Under the pieces are notes generated by a model. The model saw only the letters and a list, made by a program, of their open reading frames with translations. It was not told the origin of the DNA and made no database searches. Of a DNA stretch of 56,522 nt, positions 21,051 through 32,689 are shown piece by piece. Source of the DNA: Trichomonas gallinae (Eukaryota). Made by a program: the position numbers and the translations under genes. The DNA is taken from positions 1 through 56,522 of the forward strand of contig MRSU01002918.1 of assembly GCA_008369845.1 (NCBI GenBank). Direction: 5' to 3'. Within the stretch, counting starts at the first letter, position 1. Each line of letters begins with the position of its first letter.

Positions 21051-21630
21051 CGATATATTAAATTAGGATTAAAATCTACTTTTCTAAGATTTTTACAATA
21101 GAAAAATGCACTTTTAACTAATGTATAATTGTCTGTTTTAGGTGGCGATTGATATGATAATACAAAATAGTTGGTAATGTTACGAAGAATATTTTTGCTA
21201 ATGTAAGCATCAGAAAAAGTCCGCTTTACACGACAAATTCATCGATTTGTGATAAATTTTACACTTTACATAGTCAGATTTTTTTATAAAAGTATGTCAC
21301 TCCGTGTTTGCCGGATTTTTTAGGCAAATTGAGAATTCTCCAAGACGAAGTAGCAAGTTAAGGCCTCATAGAGCTAATGGTAGTATATTTAGGTCGCGTG
21401 AAAATTGTCTAATAATCTATTCTATAGGTATTATCAAAACTCGATTTACCACATTTAAAATATTGAATGAGATTTTACAATAATTCAATTCATGGAAAAT
21501 TAAAAATCAATGCGTATAGTGATGTATTAGCAATAATTTTTAAAATTTAGTTTTTGAGAGAATGTAACGAAAATTTTTTTCTTCGAAAATTTTTGTTCAA
21601 ACCTTTAATTAGTCAGTTCATTTTTAGGCA

Positions 21631-21855
21631 ATGCACATTGTTTACGCTCGCACACTTAACGGCAAGAGTATCCCAGTCCACGCTGATGGCAACATGCGTG
21701 TTGGTGCTGTCAAGCACGCTGTTCAGGAAGAATCTGGATATTTAGCTTCAGATATCAACATCGTATACAACGGAAAGGTTCTTTCTGATAACACACCACT
21801 CAGCGAAATTACAATCAAAAATGGAACATCAATTAGCATCGTTCCAAAGCTTTAA
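21631..21855 (+). CDS. Ubiquitin-like protein (74 aa) lacking the C-terminal diglycine
   Basis: MHIVYARTLNGKSI...VKHAVQEESG...IVYNGKVLSDNTPLSE fits the ubiquitin fold. It ends IVPKL. An Inr TCATT lies upstream and the stop lies within TAAA. Confidence 0.85.
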   Translation: MHIVYARTLNGKSIPVHADGNMRVGAVKHAVQEESGYLASDINIVYNGKVLSDNTPLSEITIKNGTSISIVPKL

Positions 21856-22487
21856 AATACTATCAAATCAGTATATTATATAATACTAAACATGTTATTA
21901 TTATTAAATCTTACTACTATTTACATATATTCTGCAACAATGTAATATAAAGATATAAAATTTTTATTCAACATATTTTGGATCAAAATATAGGGGCGAT
22001 TACAAAAGATAACTAACCAAATACTGCTTAATATCGTGTTGTTAATATATCCTTAGATGAATAACTGCAATCTAATTTTTGATCATTCTCTATCATTGTA
22101 TAAAATCTTCGTAAATTTCATCATATAAAATATAATTTTTTCTCAATTAAATTATAGAAAGGTTTATGATCGAAATCAATAAATATATAATACATGATGT
22201 TATTCATATATTTATCAAGTTTTTAATGATATTCGTTTTACAAATAGCTGGAAAAATCAATGTTTTCATTACCGAGAAATCTTAAATCCTGGATCTTGAA
22301 AAGTAATCATCGAAGAGCCAATCGAATATTATATTATGATTGCTCGGCTTATTATAAGAATCCTAGTAGCTACAATATATCAGCTAAAATAGAATACTTG
22401 GATTATATGTCAAAAATCAGATTTTACATGTCAAAATTAATTAAAATATTTTTACAAGACAAAATTTTCTAAATCATTATTTGTTTT

Positions 22488-22838
22488 ATGGAAGTCTCTT
22501 CATCAACAGTATTGTTTTGTGACATTCCACAGGAGCCAATTGATAAACCAAATCCATACAAAGATATTTGCAATAAGAAATTCGTTATTTCAGTAAGAAA
22601 ACCTGTAGAATCAGCTAAAAATAATGAAACTACAAAACAAAATGAAACAGAAAACCCACATCAGCAAACTAAAGAACGTCAGCCTGAACATAAGGCTATT
22701 CTTAAAGGCACTCATGGCCATAAATTGTTCGCAATGTTAAACAACCTCAAAATGACACAGAAAACACCACAGCCAGATATAGAAAACATAGATACAAAGT
22801 CAGTTGTTACAAAACGCAAACTAACAATGTCGAAATAA
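22488..22838 (+). CDS. Hypothetical small hydrophilic protein (116 aa)
   Basis: ORF preceded by an Inr-like TCATT at ~22474. No family recognised. Confidence 0.7.
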   Translation: MEVSSSTVLFCDIPQEPIDKPNPYKDICNKKFVISVRKPVESAKNNETTKQNETENPHQQTKERQPEHKAILKGTHGHKLFAMLNNLKMTQKTPQPDIENIDTKSVVTKRKLTMSK

Positions 22839-22954
22839 TTTTATTTCTTCATTTAGACCATTTTATTTATATTATTGCTGTTTGATTTATTGTATTGATA
22901 AAAGATAATATTTTCAATCATTATTTTTCATTTTTGTTCAGATTGGACTGATTG

Positions 22955-23890
22955 ATGGAGGAAAATATGCTATTTAACAGGACTCTTTCATATTTGGTCA
23001 ATCTGATATTGATCATAGGATCGGTTGTTGCCATGAAAAAGCTGATTGGTCAAACAGCTGAGAGAGGCTATCAATATTCTTTCCCAATTGTCGATAAATG
23101 TCTTGATACTTTAATTGAACTTACAGAAACAGGTGATTTCAAGTCAGATTTATATGCAGAAGCCGTAAGACTTCGAAGATGGCTTAAAACAGAAAAGATT
23201 TCGAAAAATGTATTCGATGTACGTAAATTAGAAGAGATTGCTAGCAATATACCGGAAGTTGTACTCTCTCTTGCATATAATCCGGAGTTTCAAGAAAATA
23301 TTGTTATCATTAAAGAATTAATTCATTTATTCTTAATCATTACTACACCATACGAGCACTTTTTCTCTGTCATGGAGAATTATTCTAGAATGCCAGGCAT
23401 TTCTACACAAGCCACAATTATCAGTGAACAAATGAACAAAACAAACACATGTTTCACCAAGTATTATCTTGTAGATACAAATTCTGAACCAAGTTTGACT
23501 ACTTATTACTCTTCAGGACATCATCAATCAGTGAAATATAATTCTTTTTACTATCCAATGCCACAGTTTTATGAAACATTAGCAGTTACACATCAGACTC
23601 TACCAGAAGTAGCGAAAATGCTTGCAGTTATTTTCTATATCAATTGCAGAGATAATGGTGAAGAATGTGATAGTATGATACGTGCTGTTTATAGTAATTT
23701 CGAAAGATACTCACCACTGTTAATATGTATAATAGATTCTATTACATCTGGAATCTATTGGCGAAGCCCTGCTTTTTGCAACTTCATGGATAAATACATA
23801 GAAGAATACAACAGCACTGAACTGCCACTAACAGAGGTAGCCAAAGGATTATATAAAGCAAACTGCGACGAAGATATATATTGGATTTAA
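22955..23890 (+). CDS. Hypothetical protein (311 aa)
   Basis: Long ORF with the ATG at 22955. TCATT motifs lie upstream and there is one hydrophobic segment near the N-terminus. Confidence 0.75.
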   Translation: MEENMLFNRTLSYLVNLILIIGSVVAMKKLIGQTAERGYQYSFPIVDKCLDTLIELTETGDFKSDLYAEAVRLRRWLKTEKISKNVFDVRKLEEIASNIPEVVLSLAYNPEFQENIVIIKELIHLFLIITTPYEHFFSVMENYSRMPGISTQATIISEQMNKTNTCFTKYYLVDTNSEPSLTTYYSSGHHQSVKYNSFYYPMPQFYETLAVTHQTLPEVAKMLAVIFYINCRDNGEECDSMIRAVYSNFERYSPLLICIIDSITSGIYWRSPAFCNFMDKYIEEYNSTELPLTEVAKGLYKANCDEDIYWI

Positions 23891-24171
23891 TAAAGAAACC
23901 CCAAATACATCCATTATCAATTAGTCATATGTACATAAATGGATTATAGAGTAAAATGTTTGATTCTCAAAGCTTGTTTTAGATTGTTTTATGATAAAAA
24001 TTAAAAATGATTTTAAATTACATGACAAAAATATTAATTTTGAAATGATTACGTGTCAGATATATCAATTTTGAATAGTCTACATTTCAAAATTGTAAAA
24101 TTCGGTATATAAATATTATTATATGCCATCAGTAGTCTAAGATAACTTCGACGGTGTCACTTTTTTATACA

Positions 24172-24732
24172 ATGAAAAGAGTCCGCGGAGTTTTGTGTGG
24201 TGAAGCAACTGTCGGCAAATCCGCCCTTCTCAGGTGCTTTCAGAACCAGCCGTTCCAGGAAAACCTCACTTCGACAATCGCTGGCGCTTTTTTCTCAAAA
24301 ACAGTGACCGTCCACGATGAACAAATAAATGTTGAAATATGGGATACTGCGGGATCAGAAAGATATCATTCCGTCATCCCTTCGTTTTTCAGAAGCGCAT
24401 CTGCTATAGCCATTATTTATGATATTACGAATCGCGATAGTTTTACAAATTTAAAGTTCTGGTATCAATTTTCTCAAGCAAACGCCCCACCAGGCACGCC
24501 GATTTTCATTGTTGGCAATAAAGTCGATCTCGAAGCAAGAAGAGTAGTGAAATACGAAGAAGGAAAACTCTACATGCAATCGATAGAAGCAGCAGCCTTC
24601 CTCGAAACATCAGCAAAAACTGGTGAAGCCGTTGAAGGTTTATTCATGCTTTTCGCAAATGCAGACGGAACATTGACTCCTGATGGCTTCACTGCTGATA
24701 TTAAGAAAGAAAATCGCGGATGCTGCGCTTAA
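24172..24732 (+). CDS. Rab GTPase, Rab5/21-like, divergent
   Basis: GEATVGKS (G1), STIAGAF (switch I), WDTAGSERYHS (G3), GNKVD (G4), ETSAK (G5) and a C-terminal CCA prenylation motif. Inr GTCACTTT lies at ~24156 and the real ATG is at 24172. Confidence 0.93.
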   Translation: MKRVRGVLCGEATVGKSALLRCFQNQPFQENLTSTIAGAFFSKTVTVHDEQINVEIWDTAGSERYHSVIPSFFRSASAIAIIYDITNRDSFTNLKFWYQFSQANAPPGTPIFIVGNKVDLEARRVVKYEEGKLYMQSIEAAAFLETSAKTGEAVEGLFMLFANADGTLTPDGFTADIKKENRGCCA

Positions 24733-25194
24733 TTTTTGTCTTACTGTGTTTTATTTTTGATATATTACAATTTAAATCATTTTGTCTATTTGTTTAAATA
24801 TATGTTAACTCAATGATCATTTGCTTCCAATGAAACAAACAATATCATCAAACTTCAAAATATAATTTTAATTCAATCCGAAACAACTCATAGAAATGCT
24901 TAGAATGAAGATATTTTCATGATTTGCGAAGAAAATTAAGTAAAAAACAAAATATTAAATTCAACAAATTAATTATTAAAGAGTTGGAGGAAAAGAATAA
25001 ATTATTTAAAATATACTATAAATACATATGTTAATTATACAATTAAAAATATAAAAGTTGTTAAATTTCGATGAATTAATGATCAAAATGCAGTTTTGAT
25101 GAGGAAAATTGATTATTTAAGTTATAAAGATGCTAGAAATGGTGTTTAAAATGATTTTTGTTGCAATTTTTTGTTAAAAAGTGACAAAATAATT

Positions 25195-27270
25195 ATGTCG
25201 ACAATAACTGAGGATCTTTTAGCTTTGAGGCAGCTTCTTCACAGAGAACAAGCTTTCTTTGACATCGAGCTTCAGAAAATCAAACTTTTTCAAAAAGATT
25301 CATATGATTCTATAAAAAAATTGATATTTCTTACCCGAAAAGTTTATTCTCTTCACTTATCTATCATTGAACAGATGAAAACAGGTTCAATGATATCAGT
25401 TCCGGATTTAATTACACTAACAAAGAACTTTCCGTCGGGTTTCACAGCAACTCAGCAACGCGCTTATCAAAACTCTATTTCAACAATAAAAGACACAAAC
25501 AATCTCGAAAATAATGCCAAAGAAGTATCGAAATACTTAAAAGAACACCCAGAATCCGAAAATTATATTCTTTTTTCATTAATTCCGGCTCTTTTCTCTT
25601 GCTTTTGGAGTGAACAAGAGGTTGAGTGCTATATTGACTTTTTCAATGCCTTTGATCCCGAATTTCATCCTCTATTAACGAAAGTTCTTTTAGTTCACCA
25701 ATCTTTCTACGTTTTCTTGGATTCTGTTCGAATTGACGCTGAGTCAGTCCTACAGGATCAGAAACCATTGAGTGAACTCATTGAACTCTTTTCTAAGAGA
25801 TCATTTTTATTCCCAAAATCACTACGAATGCTTCTTAACAGAGAAAACAGGAAACAATATTTCGTTGAATCAATATTAAAGCCGGTTTTGATTAATCCAT
25901 CATTATACGGGCTTGTTCCATGCATAGAATCAAAAACATTCGAATACATGTTGCCGCAGATTGATGAATGCGGCGAAATCATCGAAAACTTCATAGAATC
26001 AGTCGTTACAGCTAAAAATTACATTAGAATTCAGCCAAATGAGCAAAATTTGTATTCGGTTTTATCAAAGAACGAACAACTCATTTATTTATTTAAAGAA
26101 GATTGCAAGCTTCTCGTAGAGATACTCAACCGCGATACAGAAATTCCAAAAACAGACGATGTTTTTCAAATTCCATATAAACGTGAAAGAAACTTCTCAG
26201 AAGATGCAGGAGATGAAAGGAATGAGATGGAAGACCAGAGCGATCCATTTGAATCATTAATTCGTTCACTTGTTATAAGATTAGACTTTACAAAGCCGCG
26301 CGGTGGATTTATCGAGACATTAGAATATGCTGTAGCCTTGCAAACAGGTCCGGCACGTTTGCAATGCGAATTACAGTTCGATGAGCTTCGACAAATGATG
26401 AGAGTTAAAAATTCGCCGAATGACATTCCATATTATATCCAGCTGCTTCGCGGCAAGTATGACGAGCGTATGTCCCATCGTCAAGCGACACTTTCCGGTA
26501 AAATTACAAAAGATTCGTTCAAAATCTTGTTTACACAGTGTTCTCAAGCGACAGAGTTCTTATATCAGAAGAAGGACAACCTAATTCTCTCAGACTGGGA
26601 CAATACTGTCCATCCTTTCGAAGAAGCAGACAAACAAACGTTAAATCTTAATCCGCAATTTTTCTTGCAGACTTTTACGGATTTAATTAACAAATTCAAA
26701 GCACACGTAGATGCAAACAAACTTGTTATATCTCAAGAGAGATTTTTGCCACTTCTTTACACGAGATTAACAAAAGTAGTCAGTTTGTCTTCTTTCGTTG
26801 ATTCTCATCCAGATACAGCAATATTAGACGGGCGCATTTCAAATGTAATCAAGGAGCACAAAGAGAAGCTCATCCAGATGAATTCTCAGTCTTGGCTCGA
26901 AAAGTTCCAGGAAAATCCATCGTTATTAGGTCTGAGCGCTGACTGCCTCAGCAGGGCTGCGGACGAAGACATCTCTTTGAACATAATGTACTGGATTGAC
27001 AAGTCTCTCAACGCTTTGCAGTATCTGCTGTCTTTCTACGGATTCAAGGAAATTGGTGCCGATATTTTAGTCCCTGCCTCAATCTTCTTGTTCATTCTCG
27101 TAAATCCACCCAGAATTTGCTCCATCGCTGCTTATCTAGAGCACACCATTCTATCTGACGAGCTGGGCGTGTTCCCTATATCACCGAGCCTCCAGTACTG
27201 GGCAACACTCGCAAACTCTGTCTCTAAGTGGTTTAGAGAGAAAATCACTGAGTTCCCTGAATCTGCCTAA
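25195..27270 (+). CDS. VPS9-domain Rab GEF, GAPVD1/RME-6-like
   Basis: C-terminal IGADILVPASIFLFILVNPPRICS...YL...QYWAT is a VPS9 signature. N-terminal FPKSLRML...ILKPVLINPSLYGLV resembles the RasGAP-like region of GAPVD1. ATG at 25195. Confidence 0.8.
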   Translation: MSTITEDLLALRQLLHREQAFFDIELQKIKLFQKDSYDSIKKLIFLTRKVYSLHLSIIEQMKTGSMISVPDLITLTKNFPSGFTATQQRAYQNSISTIKDTNNLENNAKEVSKYLKEHPESENYILFSLIPALFSCFWSEQEVECYIDFFNAFDPEFHPLLTKVLLVHQSFYVFLDSVRIDAESVLQDQKPLSELIELFSKRSFLFPKSLRMLLNRENRKQYFVESILKPVLINPSLYGLVPCIESKTFEYMLPQIDECGEIIENFIESVVTAKNYIRIQPNEQNLYSVLSKNEQLIYLFKEDCKLLVEILNRDTEIPKTDDVFQIPYKRERNFSEDAGDERNEMEDQSDPFESLIRSLVIRLDFTKPRGGFIETLEYAVALQTGPARLQCELQFDELRQMMRVKNSPNDIPYYIQLLRGKYDERMSHRQATLSGKITKDSFKILFTQCSQATEFLYQKKDNLILSDWDNTVHPFEEADKQTLNLNPQFFLQTFTDLINKFKAHVDANKLVISQERFLPLLYTRLTKVVSLSSFVDSHPDTAILDGRISNVIKEHKEKLIQMNSQSWLEKFQENPSLLGLSADCLSRAADEDISLNIMYWIDKSLNALQYLLSFYGFKEIGADILVPASIFLFILVNPPRICSIAAYLEHTILSDELGVFPISPSLQYWATLANSVSKWFREKITEFPESA

Positions 27271-27454
27271 TGTTTATTCAATCATTAGCTATCTTTTTTA
27301 TATACAATAATAAACTGTTGTTTCAATGAACTTTACCATTTTCTATCAAACAATGTATATATATAATGTCCATAATAACAACTTCTGTTTATTCTTGCGT
27401 AGAAAATGTTTTATTGTATTTGTTTTGTGCATTGATATCTCTAACTAGAAAGAA

Positions 27455-27700
27455 TAGATAAGAGCCTCATGTTGACATTTTTATGAAGCCATAAGCAATG
27501 CTGTTTTGTCGTATTTGTTATATGCGGTAACATCAACTCTAAGTAGTCATTGGACAATATACTGATGTAATTTTTCTGAAGCCATAGTTAAAGCTTTATT
27601 CTCATCAAAAAGTTATTCTCATTTCAAGCGATAGAGTGTTTCATCTTTTGTTGAAAGTTTTTGCATCCAATGAGTTTGCGTATTCAATGTTTAGCGGTGG
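27455..27700 (-). pseudogene. Decayed ankyrin-repeat gene
   Basis: The minus strand reads KALTMASEKLHQYIVQ*LLRVDVTAYNKYDKTALLMAS*KCQHEALI, an ankyrin consensus with in-frame stops. Boundaries are approximate. Confidence 0.65.
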
Positions 27701-27785
27701 CAGATATAGTTTATAAACATGTTGCTATGAAGTGTGCATTCAGTAGACTTTAAAAGACTTATCGAAATTGTCACTTTTCAAAAAA

Positions 27786-28814
27786 ATGTTTGCGTTTTTT
27801 TCTTTAGCGAATTCTGTTGCTCAGTCGAGTAAAATCGAGCAATTGAACTACAGAATGTTCAGGAAAATGGTATTAAACAGAACAAAGGATCAAACGTGGG
27901 TAGTTTTCTGGTACGATGAATCAAACAAACAATCGAATGCTGATTATCAAGAATTCGTTAAAGTTTCTTATTCATCACTCGATTCTATTCACTTTGGTGC
28001 TGTTGATATCAAGAAAAACGTTCAACTTTGCGAAGATCTCGGAATTTATGCAGATTCTGTTCCAAAAATCATGATATACCACAGCAGAGGACAGACAGAA
28101 TACATTGGAAACAAAAAAGCAGACAAAATGTCAGTAAAATTATTAAATTATATCCCAAACGAAACATTAAACGTCACAACGTCATGGAAGAATCCTCGTG
28201 GAATGAATAAATACGCAATTCTCTTCGGAGAAAACGAAACAATTCCTCCATTTTGGAATGCTTTGTGTGGAATGTTTAAAAAATCATCAATAAAGATCGG
28301 ATACACGTGCAATGAAACACTGATGGACTACTTCGACGTAACAAGTGTTCCATCGATTATTTTCGTAAATGCAACAGATATTTATCAATATCACGGAAAA
28401 ACGAATCTCAAGGCTCTTAAGCAAGCTATTAGCGATTTCAACGCGAGACTTTACTCTCCACCAAAAGTTGAGGCTCCATCTTCAAGATTTTACTTTTCAG
28501 ATGAATTTGAAAAATATTGCTTAAATCAACGCGCATTCTGTGTTGTACATGCTACAGAGTTCTTGGATCAAAAACTTGAGAAAATCAATGCGAATTTCAC
28601 AAATGCAAAGCTTAACTGGTTTTACGGCTTTGATGACTGGCCTTATGAGTTTATCAGGCCAAAGTCAATGTGGATGTTTAATCCAAGAAATAAAACAGCA
28701 ATTAAATTCAACTCTTTGGAAAAACTTGAAAAAGGAATAACAAAGGTTGTTAACAAAGAACAACTCGATTGGAAACCAATTGATGAATATTCACTTGACA
28801 AGAAAGAACTGTAA
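27786..28814 (+). CDS. ER-luminal thioredoxin-fold (PDI-like) protein without CxxC
   Basis: Signal peptide, then WVVFWY...FGAVD...LCEDLGI...VPKI and a second fold FDVTSVPSIIF. C-terminal KKEL. Inr GTCACTTT at ~27770. Confidence 0.85.
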   Translation: MFAFFSLANSVAQSSKIEQLNYRMFRKMVLNRTKDQTWVVFWYDESNKQSNADYQEFVKVSYSSLDSIHFGAVDIKKNVQLCEDLGIYADSVPKIMIYHSRGQTEYIGNKKADKMSVKLLNYIPNETLNVTTSWKNPRGMNKYAILFGENETIPPFWNALCGMFKKSSIKIGYTCNETLMDYFDVTSVPSIIFVNATDIYQYHGKTNLKALKQAISDFNARLYSPPKVEAPSSRFYFSDEFEKYCLNQRAFCVVHATEFLDQKLEKINANFTNAKLNWFYGFDDWPYEFIRPKSMWMFNPRNKTAIKFNSLEKLEKGITKVVNKEQLDWKPIDEYSLDKKEL

Positions 28815-29388
28815 TTTTCTCGAAATGTTTTTTATATTTGATCAGTAGGAGTCATAATATATTTATGACTTACTAATGTTAATTAAACGATACATACTAT
28901 ACTCATTCATATTTTTTTATAAATTTATCATTTTCAATTTATAAATTTATAAACAATGAACATTATTAGATTCTACAGCAAAAGTAATTCTTCAATATTT
29001 GAAATCTAATATTGAAATGCTTAGAATACCATTTGAAATTTTTGGATATATTAATTTTACAGTTTTGAAGTTGGCAATACATAGAAATTGCTTCTAATTT
29101 ATAACTATAGTAATACTATAACGATTTCGTCAATCAATTCCACAATGAGACTTGAAACAATAAATGCTTGTCTCATTGTTTTAATGTTGTAAACAGAAAG
29201 TTTTCAATGCTCTAAGTAGATTCTAAAGTGTTATAATGGATTTCATGAATGTGATATCATTTGAAACGATAATACAACAGATTTTATCCACTGACATTTA
29301 AATTTGCTGTTGTGAAAATAGTGAAGATGCTGTGATAATGATAAAATTCATACACACTTTATAAATAAACAAAAATAACAAATATTTG

Positions 29389-30165
29389 TCATATTGGATT
29401 ATAGTTCCTCATCCATATGCAAGAATTGATAACCTTTTCGCCGCAATGTCTGTAGAACTTATCATCCAAATGTATTAACAATCTTACTTCATCGAAATCA
29501 ATTTGTCGAATGTCAATGTTTTTGGCCATGGCCTCTTCAGATGTAAGCTCCTGGAAGCCATGAGTAGGGAAATTGCCTTGCTTGTGGAACAATGAGTTAT
29601 CGGCAACTCTTGTGCCTATCAATCGCGAGAAAGGAGTCTTGAATATCTTTATTACTTTGTTTGTTTGCCATGTGACACCTATTAATGGCAATAAGCTTGG
29701 ATATTTTTCAGTTAAAACCAGTGCATTATAGAGTTTAAATGTGAATCTGTATGGTGACGAATTCCTCTTGTGGAAGTATGTCTCAACAAGCTGCTGGAAT
29801 GTGCAGGAGGTAAATTTTCGCCAAAAATCATGTGGTATTAATCCAATTTGAGAAGGGTTGATAATTGTGCTGGAATCAGCGCCATTTTGAGATGGTGGCG
29901 CATTCTCATATGTTTGCGCCCTTAATGGTATAGGTTGTATAGGATTTTTAAATTGAACTGGAAACGATGGAATATTCGATGACGGATAGATTTTACTAGG
30001 GATAAATTGAGCATAGTCTGGTGGAGGCGTTGAATAAATGTGTGGATGATATAAATTCATCGGCTGTATGAATTGAATTCTCTGTGGTGTGGGTATCGGA
30101 TACAAGGAACTAGACTGCTGGCTGTTATTTGCAATAAGGAAATAAGGGCCCCGAGGCTCACTCAT
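29389..30165 (-). CDS. Initiator-binding-domain (IBP39/IBD family) transcription factor
   Basis: KRNSSPYRFTFKLYNAL...LIGVTW...IKI...GF matches the IBD winged-helix pattern (RFPxKL...IGxSW). Pro-rich N-terminus. ATG at 30165. Confidence 0.8.
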   Translation of the reverse strand: MSEPRGPYFLIANNSQQSSSLYPIPTPQRIQFIQPMNLYHPHIYSTPPPDYAQFIPSKIYPSSNIPSFPVQFKNPIQPIPLRAQTYENAPPSQNGADSSTIINPSQIGLIPHDFWRKFTSCTFQQLVETYFHKRNSSPYRFTFKLYNALVLTEKYPSLLPLIGVTWQTNKVIKIFKTPFSRLIGTRVADNSLFHKQGNFPTHGFQELTSEEAMAKNIDIRQIDFDEVRLLIHLDDKFYRHCGEKVINSCIWMRNYNPI

Positions 30166-32689
30166 TTTATTTATCCCACACAAAAAATATTTTAAATGAA
30201 AAAAATTGGTTCTCAAAATTCTCTCAATTTTTTTCTAATCAAAATCTATCTTTTTATGTGTTTGACAATATTTTTTTCGTTGAAAAAAAAATTTATTGAT
30301 TTGGACTCAACAGTTGATACATGCATTATACTCTTCTTGATATAAAAGAAAACTTTATTCATTCAAAGATTTCGGCAATTTTTTCATGAATTAAGAAAAA
30401 AAATTTTGAAAAAAAACTTAATGAAGTTTTGGATTAACCAAAATATGTATTGCAATTAGATATAAAAAGAGATTATGCTTATCTGAGGATATAATTTTAT
30501 AAATTAAATGAAATCGTGAAATATGTATAAGAAAATCGATATTCAATAAAATTGTGATCATATAACAATATATATAATTATAATGAACTTATGGACATGT
30601 ATTGTTTAGCTAGTATCGAATGAATATTGATAAATTAATAATATGGTCGAATTTGATCAATTATTTATGATAACTGATATGGTGATGTAATCGATTTGAT
30701 TAGTGTAATTAAAATTAAATTTGAGGGAAAGATCAGAATATGATAAATTTAAATATGGGGAAATCACTTATATGTTTGATATAATACTTATATAGATGTT
30801 GTAGAGATGCGGATTAAGAATTTGTGAATGTGCTGCAGCTTGTCAAGTCTTGAAAAACAAACTTTTTCTTTTTCTGATGGACAGAATTTTTTAAGAATAT
30901 TATTTTTATTGAAAAAACGCAACATGCCTAGAAGATCATAAATTTATATCGATGAACATATCGAACTTTTAAGAGGATTGAGAGAATTAATTGGATTTTA
31001 AATTGATTTGAATTATGCGGCGAAAAAATTCATTTGGATTATATTACGATATGCTTGCATTTCGTTATTTTCGATTATTTTTTCAATTTTTAAAATATTG
31101 AAAATATGCTATAGCGAAGCGTATCCAATAGTAACGCAATTTTTAAATTGGTATCAAAATTTAACCGTCGCTTTTATATATCAATCTACAAAAATTGAGT
31201 TGAGGACGTTTAAATAGTGAAAAATTGAAAAGGTTATTAAAATCAACTCAAATTAAATAATGCTATATGTGGTTTACATATCATATTTTATGAGTAATAT
31301 GAATCGAATTTTTTTCTGAACGTATACAAAACAAAATTCACTTTTGTTAACGTGACTTTCAAAAAAAATTACTCTTTATATGCTTTTACTATTCGATTAG
31401 ATATTATTTAGTCTAATCATTTTCCTTTGAAATTTAAATATAATAAATTTTATGATGTTATTATCACCAATAAGATTTTTACATTGTTGCCTTTAAATAT
31501 TCGCAAATTCCCAAGAATAATTTCAACTTCGAAACTGTGAAACTTGGCAATATTCATTATATGAAATCCTCAGATGCTAATAAAGGTAATTTGAATGTTC
31601 TTTCATCAAATTCATGAATATATTTTTTGATTCTTTCTGATTTTTTATGTTTTATATTTGTTTAGTGATTATTTTCTTCTGAAATCAGATATGTACAAGA
31701 TATTAATATTTCTATCCTATTCCAATCATTCTTAATGGTTAAGAAACTGTGAATGTGATTGACTTGAAATAAAGTCATGAATAACTTATTGATCCAAGGT
31801 TGACGCACATATCGATACAGAATTTTTGAATGTAATCTCTTAACTTTCAAGTTTAATCACAATGTATTAATTCTGAAGTGTATTCATCATGTGAAAACTC
31901 GCCACACAAACTTTGCATTGATGGATAAATCATTTAAATATTCACATATTGCATTTTCCAAGCATGTACTATAGTATCAATCAAATTTTATCTTTCAAAA
32001 TTTATAATATAATAAACGCTCTGTGTTGTTCAATATCTATAGGGTCATTGACGATACAACATCATCAGGGACATATTAGTCATTATCAAATACATATTTG
32101 CCCGAAAAAATCATATTCAAAATTCAAAAAGCAATGATCAAACATTTACATATTACGTAATATTATACTAGCAGATGGCAATCGAAAATTTGACTCCAGA
32201 CCAATTAATTTTCTATTTTGACATATTTTTCAAAAATATAACATTTTAACCTAGGTTCTTTATTTTCTTAAATCATTATTACATATAGAATAATAATTTG
32301 CATTACTTTTAATCATACAAGCAAATTCAATATGGTAAAATATTTCCAGAAAATAACTTACAAAAACGTAGATTAATATAGTATAGCCTTAGTAAATTTG
32401 TTATTGAAAAGTTAAATAATTCAATAAATTTTTTATTCATCGAAATGGAAAAGGAGTAATTTAATAAAAATCTATATTTTTATTCACAAATAAAATGAAT
32501 ATACTCCCAAAATATATGATATTAATATTGATAATTTGACCTTTGTTCAAAATCAAATAGGTTGATGTTTTATAACTGCTAACATAATATATTAGAGCTA
32601 AAATGCATTATTATGCAACTGTTGCATCATCAACTAGATTAAGCATTAGAAATATATTCAAATTGATATTACTCTATAATTATCTCAAT

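Noticed and set aside
30200..32600. Short ORFs in a long AT-rich spacer, with a CTGATGA on the minus strand near 32062
   Set aside because: The ORFs have random AT-rich composition. There is no GAAA or stem arrangement for a hammerhead and no convincing C/D box pair.
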